From: Planctomycetota bacterium
Lineage (GTDB): Bacteria > Planctomycetota > PLA2 > JAEUHO01
Reading direction: 5' to 3'
Assembly (NCBI GenBank): GCA_965222115.1
Contig: CBDCTJ010000007.1
Coordinates: 160,001-224,000, forward strand
Length of the DNA stretch: 64,000 nucleotides
This document shows, one piece after another, positions 46,699 to 56,656 of the stretch. The translations under genes were made by a program, and so were the position numbers. The first letter of the stretch is position 1, and every line of letters starts with the position of its first letter. The notes under the pieces were generated by a model that was not told the DNA's origin, searched no databases, and worked only from the letters and a program-made list of their open reading frames with translations.

Positions 46699-48468
46699 CT
46701 ACTCGAATTCCACGTCGTCGATGTCTTCTCCGCGGCGGAAGACGCGACGATCGCGAAGTTGGAGCCGTACGTTGCAGTCGGCGAGCGTTGTGAGGCGGTG
46801 CGCAATCATGAACGTCGTACGTCCCTTCATGAGGCGCTCCAGAGCTTCCATGACTTGCTCTTCGGTGCCCGTATCGAGTGCGCTCGTGGGTTCATCCAGT
46901 ATCAGAATCGGGGAATCGCGTAAGAACGCACGGGCCAAGGATACGCGTTGACGCTCGCCGCCAGAAAGTCGAGCGCCACGCTCCCCCACCTCGGTGTTGT
47001 AGCCGTCGGGCAACGCCGAAATGAACTCGTGGGCCGCGGCGTTCTTGGCGGCCTGTTCAATCTCGGCCTGCGTTGCACCGGGGCGGCCGTATGCAATGTT
47101 CTCGCCGATGGTGGTTGAGAACAGCACCGCCTCTTGCAGCACAATGCCAAACTGATCCCGCAAGTCCTTGATGGCGTACTGCCGTATGTCGACGCCGTCG
47201 AGCAGAATCGTGCCCTGTTGTGGATCGTAGAAACGCGGCAGCAAACTCAAGATGGTGCTCTTGCCCGATCCCGTTTTGCCGGCAATGCCTACGCGCGAGC
47301 CCGCCGGAATGTCCTCGTTGACATCAATCAGGATCGGTTCGTCCTCTACGTAGGCAAAATGAACGCCGCGATACTCCACATGACCCTTGGCGCGTGTCAG
47401 GGGAACTGGATGTTCAGGATCTTGCGCATCGGGTCGTTCATCGAGGATGGCAAAGACGCGTTCCGCGCTCGCAAGGGACGACTGCATGCTTGCCAAGCGC
47501 GTTCCGACTTCGCGCAGCGGCTGGAAGAGTTGCGAAAGATAAGCCATGATCAACAGTAGATTGCCGAGCGTGAGCTTGTCTTGCATCACGTGCTGCGCGC
47601 CGACATAGAGAATGGCCGCGCCGCAGCCGCCCACCACAACACCAACAATCAAATCGAACGATCCATGCACCGTGGCCGCGCGAATGCTGGCGTTCATGGT
47701 GCGGGTGGCATGATCGCGAAACCGAGCCGTCTCCCGTGCTTCTTGGCCAAAGGCCTTGACGACACGAACGGCTGAAAGCGATTCGTGAACAACACCCATG
47801 GCGGTGCTCTCGTACTCACGCACCGCCGACCATCGACGACGGAGTTTCTTCCGATAGAGCTCCGTGATGCCAAAGAGGAGCGGACCGCCCAAGAGCGCAA
47901 TGAGCGCCAGCTGCCAATCGATAATCAATGTGACAATGACAAGCACGATCACCTTGACCAGCGCCGTAGCGAACGGAATCACGCCGTCGATGGCAACGGA
48001 CTGAATCGAAGGGGCATCGAACTGGAGTCGATAAATCGAATCGGCGGTGCCTTTGACGTAGTGAAATCCCAATGACAGGCGCTGCATGTGATCGAAGAGC
48101 CGCGCGCGAAAGCCAAGCTTGAGTCGCTCACCGATCCACGTCTTGTAGACCCAGGCCGCAAGATCTTGCACTTGGATCAAGAACGCCGCAAGCATGACCA
48201 GCGCACACGCAAACCACAACATGGACGTGGGTGAACCCTGCACGCCATCGGGGACGAACGTGGCAAGCATCGGATGGAGCGCCTTGCCCCCCAACACATG
48301 ATCCACGACGATTTTGACAGGCAGGGGCATCAACAACGAAATGGGCGCGGCAAGCAAACTCAAGAAGAAGAGGCCCACCAAGTGACCATGCACGTGCTTG
48401 GACTCTCGATAGAGTCGGCGATAGAGCGTGGCATCGCCGTAGCGCGGCTTGGGCTTGGAGGAAGTCAT
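46699..48468 (-). CDS. ABC exporter, fused permease/ATP-binding protein (MsbA-like)
   Basis: TM domain plus GKTGSGKST, LSGGERQR, ILILDEPTSALD, IAHRL. Confidence 0.95.
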   Translation of the reverse strand: MTSSKPKPRYGDATLYRRLYRESKHVHGHLVGLFFLSLLAAPISLLMPLPVKIVVDHVLGGKALHPMLATFVPDGVQGSPTSMLWFACALVMLAAFLIQVQDLAAWVYKTWIGERLKLGFRARLFDHMQRLSLGFHYVKGTADSIYRLQFDAPSIQSVAIDGVIPFATALVKVIVLVIVTLIIDWQLALIALLGGPLLFGITELYRKKLRRRWSAVREYESTAMGVVHESLSAVRVVKAFGQEARETARFRDHATRTMNASIRAATVHGSFDLIVGVVVGGCGAAILYVGAQHVMQDKLTLGNLLLIMAYLSQLFQPLREVGTRLASMQSSLASAERVFAILDERPDAQDPEHPVPLTRAKGHVEYRGVHFAYVEDEPILIDVNEDIPAGSRVGIAGKTGSGKSTILSLLPRFYDPQQGTILLDGVDIRQYAIKDLRDQFGIVLQEAVLFSTTIGENIAYGRPGATQAEIEQAAKNAAAHEFISALPDGYNTEVGERGARLSGGERQRVSLARAFLRDSPILILDEPTSALDTGTEEQVMEALERLMKGRTTFMIAHRLTTLADCNVRLQLRDRRVFRRGEDIDDVEFE

Positions 48469-48539
48469 GGCGCGCGAGACTACTCTGCCCGCGCAATCGG
48501 CGAGTACACTTTCACTTTCCACCTGCCTGGAGATTCGTC

Positions 48540-49694
48540 ATGACTCGTTTCAAGCTGCACTACGCGGGAATCGTCTTGGCATTGGGTCTCGCAACCCTGC
48601 CCGTCGATACGGCGCGTGCAAAGGGCAAGGAGAAAACGCCCAAGGTGGACACCAAGGAAGTCCACGAAACGATCAAGAAGGGGCGCGAGTTTCTGCTGAA
48701 TCAGTTCGCGGACGGCATTCACGTCGAAAAATGGCACGACACCGGTGAGTTGGTGATGCTCACACTGGCCCACGCCAAGGTCGATCGCACGCACAAGGTG
48801 TTTAAGGATGGGATTACGGCACTCAAGAAGAGTGAGCTTCGAACAACCTATCGAGTGGCGTGCATGGCGATGGCGCTGAGTGAAATCAACCCCTTTGCGC
48901 ATCGGGAAAAACTGGCCCACTGCGCGCAGTGGCTGGTGGACATGCAGCAAGCCGACGGCTCGTGGGGCTATCCCGGGCATATCAAAGGACCGAAGGATCG
49001 ACCGCTTGCCGAAACCGTGAAGCCGCCCGAGATGCCTGAGTCTCATAAGCAACCTGTCATCATTCTGAGGCGACGTTCTTCATCTGAGGCGTTGCCGACA
49101 CCGCGCGGCGATTTTAGTAATACGCAGTTTGCGATCCTTGGCTTGCGTGCGTGTCTTGCTGCCCGCATTCAGATTCCCAAAGAAACGTGGCAGGACGCAT
49201 TGAAGTACACGTTGGCGAGCCAACGCAAAGACGGCGGGTGGGGCTACATCATTGGCAAAGAACAAGACATGGCGAGCTACGCGAGTTTGACGTGTGCCGG
49301 TGCGTGCGGTGCGGCCATTTGTCTTTACCAGCTCGGGAAGAAGTCGCCCAAGAGCAACGGCAATGTGAAGAAGGCCCTCAAGTGGCTGAACGAACATTGG
49401 GACGAGAGCAACAACGTGGGCATGAACGAGAGTTCGATCATTGGACCCAGTTCGTGGCAGTACTACCACCTCTATTCACTCGAACGCGTGGGCCGCGTCT
49501 TGGGTCTCAAGAAAGTCGGCAAGCGCCCGTGGTTTGACGTGGGTGCGCGATGGATCATGGACCAACAGCGTGGTGACGGCAGTTGGCGCGACCCCGGTGC
49601 CGATAGCCGCACACCGAAGTACATGCGCATCGCCGATACGTGCTTCGCGATTCTGTTTCTGACGCTGTCTACGCCCCCGCTTACGGGTGGTTAG
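48540..49694 (+). CDS. Secreted prenyltransferase/squalene-cyclase repeat (alpha/alpha toroid) protein
   Basis: QQADGSWGY, DFSNTQFAILGL, QRKDGGWGY, YYHLYSLER, QRGDGSW, DTCFAILFL. Confidence 0.85.
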   Translation: MTRFKLHYAGIVLALGLATLPVDTARAKGKEKTPKVDTKEVHETIKKGREFLLNQFADGIHVEKWHDTGELVMLTLAHAKVDRTHKVFKDGITALKKSELRTTYRVACMAMALSEINPFAHREKLAHCAQWLVDMQQADGSWGYPGHIKGPKDRPLAETVKPPEMPESHKQPVIILRRRSSSEALPTPRGDFSNTQFAILGLRACLAARIQIPKETWQDALKYTLASQRKDGGWGYIIGKEQDMASYASLTCAGACGAAICLYQLGKKSPKSNGNVKKALKWLNEHWDESNNVGMNESSIIGPSSWQYYHLYSLERVGRVLGLKKVGKRPWFDVGARWIMDQQRGDGSWRDPGADSRTPKYMRIADTCFAILFLTLSTPPLTGG

Positions 49695-49732
49695 CAGCCG
49701 AAGATAACGAATCGCGCTTACGAGTTGGCGGG

Positions 49733-50089
49733 CTACTTGCCGCCACCGCAGGAGCCGCCGCCACACGAGTCGTCGGGGGCAAAGTCTTCGAACCCACCAT
49801 CGGGACTACCTGACCCCGAATCGAGGGAGCCGCCGCCGTCGCCATCCGGGCTACCGGAACCGGAGTCCCTTGGTTCTTCGCGACGTTCCTCACGGCGCTC
49901 TTCGCGCTTCTTTCGCCGGCGGGGCGCGGGCTCGAAATCGGAATCGTCGCGACGCGAGGTCGAGTCGTCGTCGGAGGCGCATCCCGTGGAGACGGCCGCC
50001 ATACCCACAAGGCCGGTGGCGAGGACCACGGCTGAGAACGCTGGGGCTCCGAGCATCGCAACGATGACGGCATAGGCTGCAGTACGCAT
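49733..50089 (-). CDS. Small secreted/lipo-protein ending SCGGGSCGGGK
   Basis: GGAG RBS, long hydrophobic leader, STG-C lipobox-like site, disordered body. Confidence 0.6.
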   Translation of the reverse strand: MRTAAYAVIVAMLGAPAFSAVVLATGLVGMAAVSTGCASDDDSTSRRDDSDFEPAPRRRKKREERREERREEPRDSGSGSPDGDGGGSLDSGSGSPDGGFEDFAPDDSCGGGSCGGGK

Positions 50090-50318
50090 TGGCGTGACTC
50101 CCGATCGAACAAAGGGCACCCTACAACTGCCCCGCCCCCAGAGCAAGAGTCGATAGCAAGCATCCCGATAACTGTCATGAACCTGTAAGCTGGGTCGCAC
50201 CCATCGCCTGGTCTACGCGCGGAACGCGTTCCCCGGAACCGCGCGTTGATCTCGGAGGATCCGTCGAGGACCCACTGCTTGGCGGTAACAATGGCATATC
50301 CCTGGCAAGGAGGCCCCG

Positions 50319-52523
50319 ATGACCGCGTTCGCCCGCTCCCGTCACCCCCTGACTGGCATCCTCCTTATTGCGCTCTGTGCGCTGCCTGCTGAGGCACGTC
50401 CCGATGACCGCGACCGCGGTTTGCCGTTTCCGCCCGGCGGGGCGCCCCTCGCCACCAAAGCTTCCGCCTTGCTGGGTACATGGTCGGGCGACATGAAAGA
50501 AGCCGTGGGCGCGGGTGAGGTGGTTTCCTATCCACTCAGCATCACCATCACCCAGACCACGCCCGGCGCGTTTCATGTCGACATTCGGGTAGATGCCAAT
50601 GTGAAGATGCGCGCGGGAACGACGTCGCTCATGGTGCACCATCGCATGCGAGGCACAATGCGCGGCAACACGCTGGTCGCGCAAGGATATGAAAAGCGCG
50701 TACGCGTGAATGGTAGTGAGCGCGCCGAAGCGCCAGACCAAGGCGAGTTCACTGTCGTTGGGGGTCGCTTGCGAGGCAAGTTTGGAAAGCCTGCATCGCA
50801 AAACAGTCCCGCCCGTTGGAGCACGGTCGATTTTCGGAAAGCAGCGGGAACGCAGCCCGTGGTTGTTTCGCCGCCCTTTAAGCGCATCGATGTTGTGGGT
50901 CGTTGGGCGGGGAAGTTGAGTGAGCAGTTGGAAGACGGTACCAAACTCACCTATCCCGCACGCATTCACGTGGGTCCCAACAAGGACGGAAGCGGTCACC
51001 CGGTGCGCATCACCATGAAAATGAAGTACCCCGTCAAAGGAGTAGAGACTACCGTTGCGATCGAACACGAAATGATAGGGACCTACAACGAAGACCGACT
51101 CACATGCAAAGGACTGTCAAAGGTCGTGCGCGTCAACGGCAAGGCATCGCAAGAAGCGCCGGAAGAAGCGCTCATGCGCGTCGTGGACGGACGGCTCGTG
51201 GGCCGTTTCGGTTATGGACATCTGGGATGGAGCTCGTTTCGCTTCCAACGGGAGACCGGTGCTTTGGACGCGCCCACGATCGAACGGGGTACCGGATTGC
51301 CATCCACAGGTCCCGGCACAACGGACGCGCCGTCCTCGCGCGAAACAGACCTTCATGGCACCTGGGCAGGAACCATGCAAGAGACCTTGCCCAGTGGCGA
51401 GCGCGTCTCCTACCCCGTGCACATCACGGTGGATCGACCCAACGCGTTGGGCATCTACACCATTAAGTTGGTGATTGAAGCCAACATTCGCGACGCACAA
51501 GGCGCGTCCCAAAACGTCGTGATCGAACAAGTCATGCGCGGCCCGCGCGCACGCAACACAATTAACGCTAAGGGCATGTCCAAGTTCATCGTTGAAGGCG
51601 GCGTTCGACGCGAAGATACGCCCGACAATGGCGAGTTCGAGCGACTGGACGACGGCTCCCTGCGCGGGAGATTTGGCACCGATGCCGAGGGGTGGAGCGC
51701 CTTTCACTACGAACCCGGTACGACAAACGGCAGTACATCGTCTCTGCCCGCAAGCATGTACGTCGGAGCGTGGCAAGGGATGCTCACGGAAGTTGGAGAG
51801 GATGGTTCAAAGCGCACCGTACCCGTAACGCTATCCATTGTCCGGTCGCAAGAAGGAAACGGTTTATCTATCACCATGCGCGTCCAGTCCTCGGTCAAGG
51901 GCGCGAACGGTCCCCTACCGCAAACCGTGATCGAGTCGTTTGAGGGCCAGGAGATTGACGGCGGCATCCAGGCGCGCGGTGTTAAGAAGTCGGTGACGAT
52001 TGACGGAAAACCAGAAAACGCGACCCTCGACACGTTGACACTCGCGTATCAAAATGACCGCCTTGCGGGCCGTGTTGGCAATGACATAGAAGGCTACAAC
52101 ACGCTGTCGATGCGCAACGTGGGTGGCGGTGCCATTGACGGGGCGCAGGCAGCGACGGAAAACTTCGCCGGCACGTGGCGCGGCGAGGTTCGCGAGACGA
52201 TCGACGGGCGACCGGTCACTTACCCCATTGCGCTCATTGTGACCAAGACCAGCACCGGGTACTCGGTGCAAATGGGAGCGGAAGCGCAAGTTCCAAACAG
52301 GCAGGGCAAAACGCAAGTCATTGAGATTCGCGAGACGTTCACCGGGAGCGCCTCACTAGGCGTACTACGGCTGCAGGGCACACGCAAAGACATGCATGTG
52401 GATGGCGTACGCCAAGACGTTCAAGTGGATCGCGCCGAACTTCGGTTCCAACAGGGAGCGCTAGTGGGTGAACTTGGCAATGACTTGGAAGGTATGGTTC
52501 CCGTGCGGCTTGTGAAGCAGTAG
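50319..52523 (+). CDS. Secreted protein with five tandem ~125-aa beta-barrel-like repeats
   Basis: Repeats begin GTWSG, GRWAG, GTWAG, GAWQG, GTWRG and end LxGxxG. Confidence 0.75.
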   Translation: MTAFARSRHPLTGILLIALCALPAEARPDDRDRGLPFPPGGAPLATKASALLGTWSGDMKEAVGAGEVVSYPLSITITQTTPGAFHVDIRVDANVKMRAGTTSLMVHHRMRGTMRGNTLVAQGYEKRVRVNGSERAEAPDQGEFTVVGGRLRGKFGKPASQNSPARWSTVDFRKAAGTQPVVVSPPFKRIDVVGRWAGKLSEQLEDGTKLTYPARIHVGPNKDGSGHPVRITMKMKYPVKGVETTVAIEHEMIGTYNEDRLTCKGLSKVVRVNGKASQEAPEEALMRVVDGRLVGRFGYGHLGWSSFRFQRETGALDAPTIERGTGLPSTGPGTTDAPSSRETDLHGTWAGTMQETLPSGERVSYPVHITVDRPNALGIYTIKLVIEANIRDAQGASQNVVIEQVMRGPRARNTINAKGMSKFIVEGGVRREDTPDNGEFERLDDGSLRGRFGTDAEGWSAFHYEPGTTNGSTSSLPASMYVGAWQGMLTEVGEDGSKRTVPVTLSIVRSQEGNGLSITMRVQSSVKGANGPLPQTVIESFEGQEIDGGIQARGVKKSVTIDGKPENATLDTLTLAYQNDRLAGRVGNDIEGYNTLSMRNVGGGAIDGAQAATENFAGTWRGEVRETIDGRPVTYPIALIVTKTSTGYSVQMGAEAQVPNRQGKTQVIEIRETFTGSASLGVLRLQGTRKDMHVDGVRQDVQVDRAELRFQQGALVGELGNDLEGMVPVRLVKQ

Positions 52524-52553
52524 CGTGGACACACCCCGGCAAGAAGGGAACCC

Positions 52554-53306
52554 GTGTCAATGATTCGTTTGCAAACGATCGTGCCGATATTGATCGGCGT
52601 ACCTCTCCTGCTGAGCATGGCACCCAACGCCCATGCCGACGGCTATGCCGTGGATGGTTCGGCCGTGCTGTATGAGGTCTCGACCAAGAAAAAGAAGACG
52701 CGCCGCATCGGCAAGGTGCAAGTACCTCGTCGCGAAGGCAAGCCCGAGAAACCCATCTTGACCGACTTGGCGCTCTCGCCGGAAAAGGGGATGTACGGCA
52801 TCTCCTACAGCACGCTCTACAAGATCGACGTGACGGCGCCGGAGCGCTCCAAGCGCGTCGGTGCACTGCGCGTACCCACCGTGAACGCACTCTGTTTCGA
52901 CGGTGAGGACCGCCTGTGGGCCGCAGGCGGAAACACACTGTACCGGGTAGATTTGACGACCGGTCGCGCGACGAGCGTGGGGCGCTTTGGTGTAAGCGGT
53001 ACGAGCGATGGCGATCTCGTCATGCTTGACGGCGCGCTCTACTTAACGCTCTCTACGCGCACGGGAAGTACGCTGGTGCGTATCGACCCCAAGACGGCAC
53101 GCGCCAAAGTCGTGGGCGTGATTCGCAGCGGCGCGCGCGGCGCGCTTCCCAACGTGTGGGGGCTTATCCTCGATGGAAGCACGCTCTACGCGCTAACGCC
53201 CATGGGCGAAGTGTATGTCTTGGACCCAAAAACGGCGGTCGCTACAGCGCACTTCAAAACGACGGGACGCAACTATTACGGTGCATGTCCGAGGTTGCGG
53301 TTGTAG
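52554..53306 (+). CDS. Secreted beta-propeller protein
   Basis: Signal (AHA-D); LTDLALSP, LYKID, NALCFD, LYRVDLTTG, SDGDL. Confidence 0.7.
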   Translation: MSMIRLQTIVPILIGVPLLLSMAPNAHADGYAVDGSAVLYEVSTKKKKTRRIGKVQVPRREGKPEKPILTDLALSPEKGMYGISYSTLYKIDVTAPERSKRVGALRVPTVNALCFDGEDRLWAAGGNTLYRVDLTTGRATSVGRFGVSGTSDGDLVMLDGALYLTLSTRTGSTLVRIDPKTARAKVVGVIRSGARGALPNVWGLILDGSTLYALTPMGEVYVLDPKTAVATAHFKTTGRNYYGACPRLRL

Positions 53307-53312
53307 ACGACT

Positions 53313-54329
53313 TTACCCACCGGGCGCGGCCGCGGGCGTCTTTGCCATGGCGTCGAGTTCAGCCTTGAGCTTTGTGATGGCGGTCTGCATGGCCTTGTTG
53401 GACCGCACGCGTGGCTTGGCTTGCAAGCGCTGAATCCACTGGCGACTTGTGGCGATTTGCCCCATGCACTTGTACTGCACGGCAAGACGGAACGCGCCGC
53501 CAAAGAACGTCTCGTCGCTCATATGCTTGCCCCGCGTTAACACACGCTCCACACCCACCCAGTTCTTAGCATCCAGGAAGTCGAAAAGCTGGTTGGCCTC
53601 CTCAAAGGCCAAGACGTGGGTCAAGAGGCCATTTTGATTCTTTGGATCAAGGCGTCGAATCGCTTTGTGCACCCATGCATACGGCGGGTATTCAAAGAAC
53701 TGACTGTTGCGCAGCGCCACAACCGATGACTTCAATATCGGCAAGGTGACCTTCTTTTCGCCCGCAAGCAACAAGGGCTTGATGCGACGGCCATTGGCAT
53801 GGTGCGCGCCCAACGTCTTTAGGAACGCCGACACCGCTCCGCCTTGATAGTTGCCAATCGAGTACGGCGATCCATCGGCACTCGTCATTACGAACGTGGG
53901 AAATCCCTCGACCAAGAACTCCTGGCGCAGCTGCTCATTCACTCTCGGATCCACGACGCGCTCCTTGGCGGCCTTGTCGCTATCGGGGAAATCGAGATAG
54001 AGAAACACAAAGTGTTTGGTGGCTTCCTTTTGGAACGTGGCATCGGAAAACACCTTCTCGTCCATGACCTTGCAGTAGTGACACCAATCACTTCCCGTAA
54101 AGTGAATAAAGATGTCTTTTCCACTTGCGCTCGCCTTCTTTTTGGCGACGTCGTAGTTGGTTTCCCAAGGAAATGTAGATGCCTTGGCGTCCCCGGCGCC
54201 GCCTTCTGCAAAGGCGGGTACGCCCATCACAACTAGCAACACAAGCGTCGACAACACGCCGGAGGCCCAGCGACAAAGGCTCGACGTACGTGGAAGCGCG
54301 ACGATTGAGGAGGGCAACGTTGTCGTCAT
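53313..54329 (-). CDS. Secreted thioredoxin family protein
   Basis: WETNYDVAKKKA...FTGSDWCHYC...LYLDFP...VEGFPT. Confidence 0.88.
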   Translation of the reverse strand: MTTTLPSSIVALPRTSSLCRWASGVLSTLVLLVVMGVPAFAEGGAGDAKASTFPWETNYDVAKKKASASGKDIFIHFTGSDWCHYCKVMDEKVFSDATFQKEATKHFVFLYLDFPDSDKAAKERVVDPRVNEQLRQEFLVEGFPTFVMTSADGSPYSIGNYQGGAVSAFLKTLGAHHANGRRIKPLLLAGEKKVTLPILKSSVVALRNSQFFEYPPYAWVHKAIRRLDPKNQNGLLTHVLAFEEANQLFDFLDAKNWVGVERVLTRGKHMSDETFFGGAFRLAVQYKCMGQIATSRQWIQRLQAKPRVRSNKAMQTAITKLKAELDAMAKTPAAAPGG

Positions 54330-54556
54330 GGCACAAAACTCCTTGGTCGGACGTGGGGTCATGAGGTCACGCCCAATCGGATCTTCTCACTGGATAGGCG
54401 CACGCCGCGAGAAATGTCTACGCAAGTGACAGAGCCGAGACGCGCGGTCACGCGCCCAACCCCACGGGATCCACAAAAGGCAACGAGCCCCCAGCGATAC
54501 CGCCGGAGGCTCGAGCCGTTTCCGTACAACCCCCGGCGAACCGCCGGGGAAAGTGA

Positions 54557-55528
54557 TTACTGTCAGGTGAAGCAGACGCCACCGTAGAGATCGTTGTAGC
54601 TGGGCGCTCCGGCCGGATACGTCGAGTAACACGACGAACTACTGCTCGAATACGTGCTTGGGCCGGTTGAGTAGGAATACCCACTGGAGGAGCCGCTGTA
54701 GACGATAGGAGCAACAGGCTTGGCGGCTGAGGGGCTCGATGAAAGGCCGTCGCTCTTAGAAGCCATCACACCATCGCGAGCGGTCGGGGTTGCTGTAGCA
54801 CCCGACTTGGATGAGCGCGTGGCCGAAACACTACTGCTGCTAGACGCCCGGTACGGCGAACTGGCCATGGCCCGCGGATAGTAGGTCGATGACCCCGAGC
54901 TCACGTAACGCGGCGCGGGGCGCGTGGTGTAGGTGTAGCTACTGCTGGGGTAGTACGAACTCCCACTTGAGTAGTACCTCGAAGCGCTCGAAGAATACGT
55001 AGTGCTTGGCGCATACGCGTAGCTTGAGCTTGGATACGTCGATGCATACGTGGTGCTGCTCGAATAGGGCGTGCTTGAATAAGGTGTCGTATAGGACGAA
55101 CTCGAACGACTCGCGTAGCTGTAGCTGGGCGTGGTGTAGGAATAGCTAGGCGTCGTATAGGAGTAGCTCGGCGTGCTGTATGCGTAACTCGGTGTGGAGT
55201 ACGCGTAGTTTGTGGATGACGAGTACCTGGGATACGAATACGACGTGCTCGTTGATGGGTACGAATAACTTGACGTCGTGTAGCTTGATATCGGGGATGC
55301 GTAGCTCGAAGGATACGAGTACGAATAACTAGGCGTCGAGTAGCTTGTCGTTGGGGTGTAGGCATACGACGGCGTGGACCGGTAGTAGGTATAGGCCCGT
55401 TGCGCGCACTGCGGTGAGCAGGAGCGACGGCAGCGGTAGCGAGCAGCGTTCGCGTCCAGCGTATCGGCCGTGACCCAGGTAGTTAAGGTGAGGCCCAAAA
55501 GTGCCAGACCGATCGTAAGCTTCCTCAT
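54557..55528 (-). CDS. Secreted Ser/Tyr/Thr-rich protein, candidate selenoprotein ending GGVCFT-U-Q (ends at 54563 if TGA is a stop)
   Basis: GGAGG RBS, signal peptide, YSTPSY-type repeats; C-x-x-TGA-CAG-TAA followed by a SECIS-like hairpin. Confidence 0.7.
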
Positions 55529-55765
55529 AACGCCCTCCCATGGGCCTCGTCACCGATTCGATGCACGATCGAAGATTCACGATCGAACAGGTGTCCAAGG
55601 AAGTCAGGTCGAGCACGCGCGCATGTGCCTTTAGAAGCTGTTGCCACGAACTGTGCGCGTTGGTGTTTTGCTCGTACAGACGAAGTACTGAGGACGGACG
55701 ATTCCCTGCTACTTGAGTCTAAGGGACCCTATCGAGCACCTTACGGGGTGTTCGCTGAAGGTGCG

Positions 55766-56656
55766 CTAACCACCGCAAGCAACTGCATTTCCGTGGTTCT
55801 TCTTGAAGATGGCCGTGACGTGCTCGCGCTCGCCTTCACTCAAACCGGAACTCGCCAAGTCGTGTTTGAGCTGGGTCAGCGAACCGTAGCCACTGAGGTA
55901 CCCATTGAGTTTGGCCGCGAGGGTGGAATCGCGAAGCGCTGCTTCATTTCCAACCTTCTTCAGCAATGCACTCGTCAAACGCTTCACCTGACGCAGGCGG
56001 TACTTTTGGTGATAGTCCTCGGCGACATAGAACTTCGTAAACGGGGCAATCTCCGTCTTGACCTCTGCGCCCAAGGTCTTGGCCAACGCGTCGCGGGAAG
56101 CCAACGCGGCTTTCTTTTGCTCGTCACCGTGCGTCCACAGAATCGCCTTGTATTGAACGTAACTCCCTGGGTGCAGCGGATTGTGGGCGCGCCAGAAATA
56201 CTTGAGCAGTGCGTCAAAGGAGAGGACGCTAGGATCGAAGTCGACTTGAATGGCTTCGGTGTGATCGCCCATCTTGCGATAGGTGGGCGCCTTGCTTGTG
56301 CCGCCGCAATAGCCGACGCGCGTACGAATTACGCCAGGAACACTGCCCAACTGGGCGTCCGGTGTCCAAAATCAGCCAACGGCAAAGGTAGCCGTTTGCA
56401 CGCGCGTCTTTGACGCCACCGCTGAATCGGACGACGCGTCTTCGTTTGAAGCGGTCGACTTCGCTGGGGAGGGATGCTCAGAATCTTTGTTCACGGCAGT
56501 TGCTCCTTGGGGCGTATTCGATGACGGCTTAACCTTCGCATCGCCGTCGGCTGCTTGCTCCGCGATTGCAAACGTAGCGCACGCAAGAACAATACAAACG
56601 CCAGTAGCTATCCATGACAGTCGATGGGAAGGGCCGGAATCACTAACTCGAGGCAT
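55766..56656 (-). CDS. msrA: Peptide methionine sulfoxide reductase A, selenocysteine form, N-terminal export/anchor signal (Sec TGA at 56372-56374)
   Basis: In-frame join [31 protein letters not shown]...PTYR..GDHTEA...QY...[11 protein letters not shown]; GUFW replaces GCFW. Confidence 0.92.
56345..56356 (-). promoter_or_regulatory. SECIS-like hairpin of msrA
   Basis: GCCC-AGTT-GGGC starting 15 nt after the UGA, on a lower GGACAC/GTGTTC stem. Confidence 0.6.

Noticed and set aside
48540-49694. Squalene-hopene cyclase / terpene biosynthetic cluster
   Set aside because: It has only QxxDGxW repeats in a single secreted domain, with no DXDD motif and no isoprenoid genes nearby.
54900-55400. 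Non-coding repeat array
   Set aside because: The periodicity is explained by YSTPSY-type coding repeats within an ORF that has an RBS and signal peptide.
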